Assembly (NCBI RefSeq): GCF_006345805.1
Contig: NC_042997.1
Coordinates: 38,068,001 to 38,132,000, forward strand
Direction: 5' to 3'
From: Octopus sinensis
Lineage: Eukaryota
Length of the DNA: 64,000 nucleotides
Of the stretch, positions 63,931 to 64,000 are shown in pieces (the first letter of the stretch is position 1; every line of letters begins with the position of its first letter). The translations under genes were made by a program, and so were the position numbers. The notes beneath the pieces were generated by a model. That model saw nothing but the letters and a program-made list of their open reading frames with translations, was not told the DNA's origin and did not search any database.

Positions 63931-64000
63931 CGTTGTGTGAGTGGGTGTGTCTGTGGTTGTATGTGTGAGTGTGCGTGTGTGTGTGCATGCGTGTATGTGT

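Overview
AT-rich eukaryotic DNA, almost certainly from an octopus. This is inferred from its tRNA-derived SINE families, which resemble the Octopus OK/OR SINEs, and from very dense (TA)n, (TAGA)n, (TG)n and (TAA)n microsatellites. No host protein-coding gene, rRNA, tRNA gene or CRISPR array can be supported; most ORFs in the track are translated microsatellite or antisense transposon frames. The window is dominated by transposable elements. These are a near full-length R4/Dong-type retrotransposon (RT plus restriction-like endonuclease) stacked with three other Dong pieces in one (TAA)n array; a 4.15-kb CR1-type LINE nested in another repeat; two head-to-tail, internally deleted Tx1-like elements sharing a 13-bp junction motif; Penelope-like elements with hammerhead-like folds; decayed mariner and Tc1-like transposons; Helitron-like fragments; and about ten SINEs of three families. 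The most interesting observations are: (1) a SINE and a CR1 LINE share a 3' tail with a compensatorily covarying stem-loop; (2) a (TAA)n-targeting Dong system, including a candidate non-autonomous passenger element and a passenger/Dong chimera; (3) the tandem Tx1 pair at a defined motif; (4) a near-perfect ~227-bp inverted repeat. All coordinates and identities were read by eye and are approximate.
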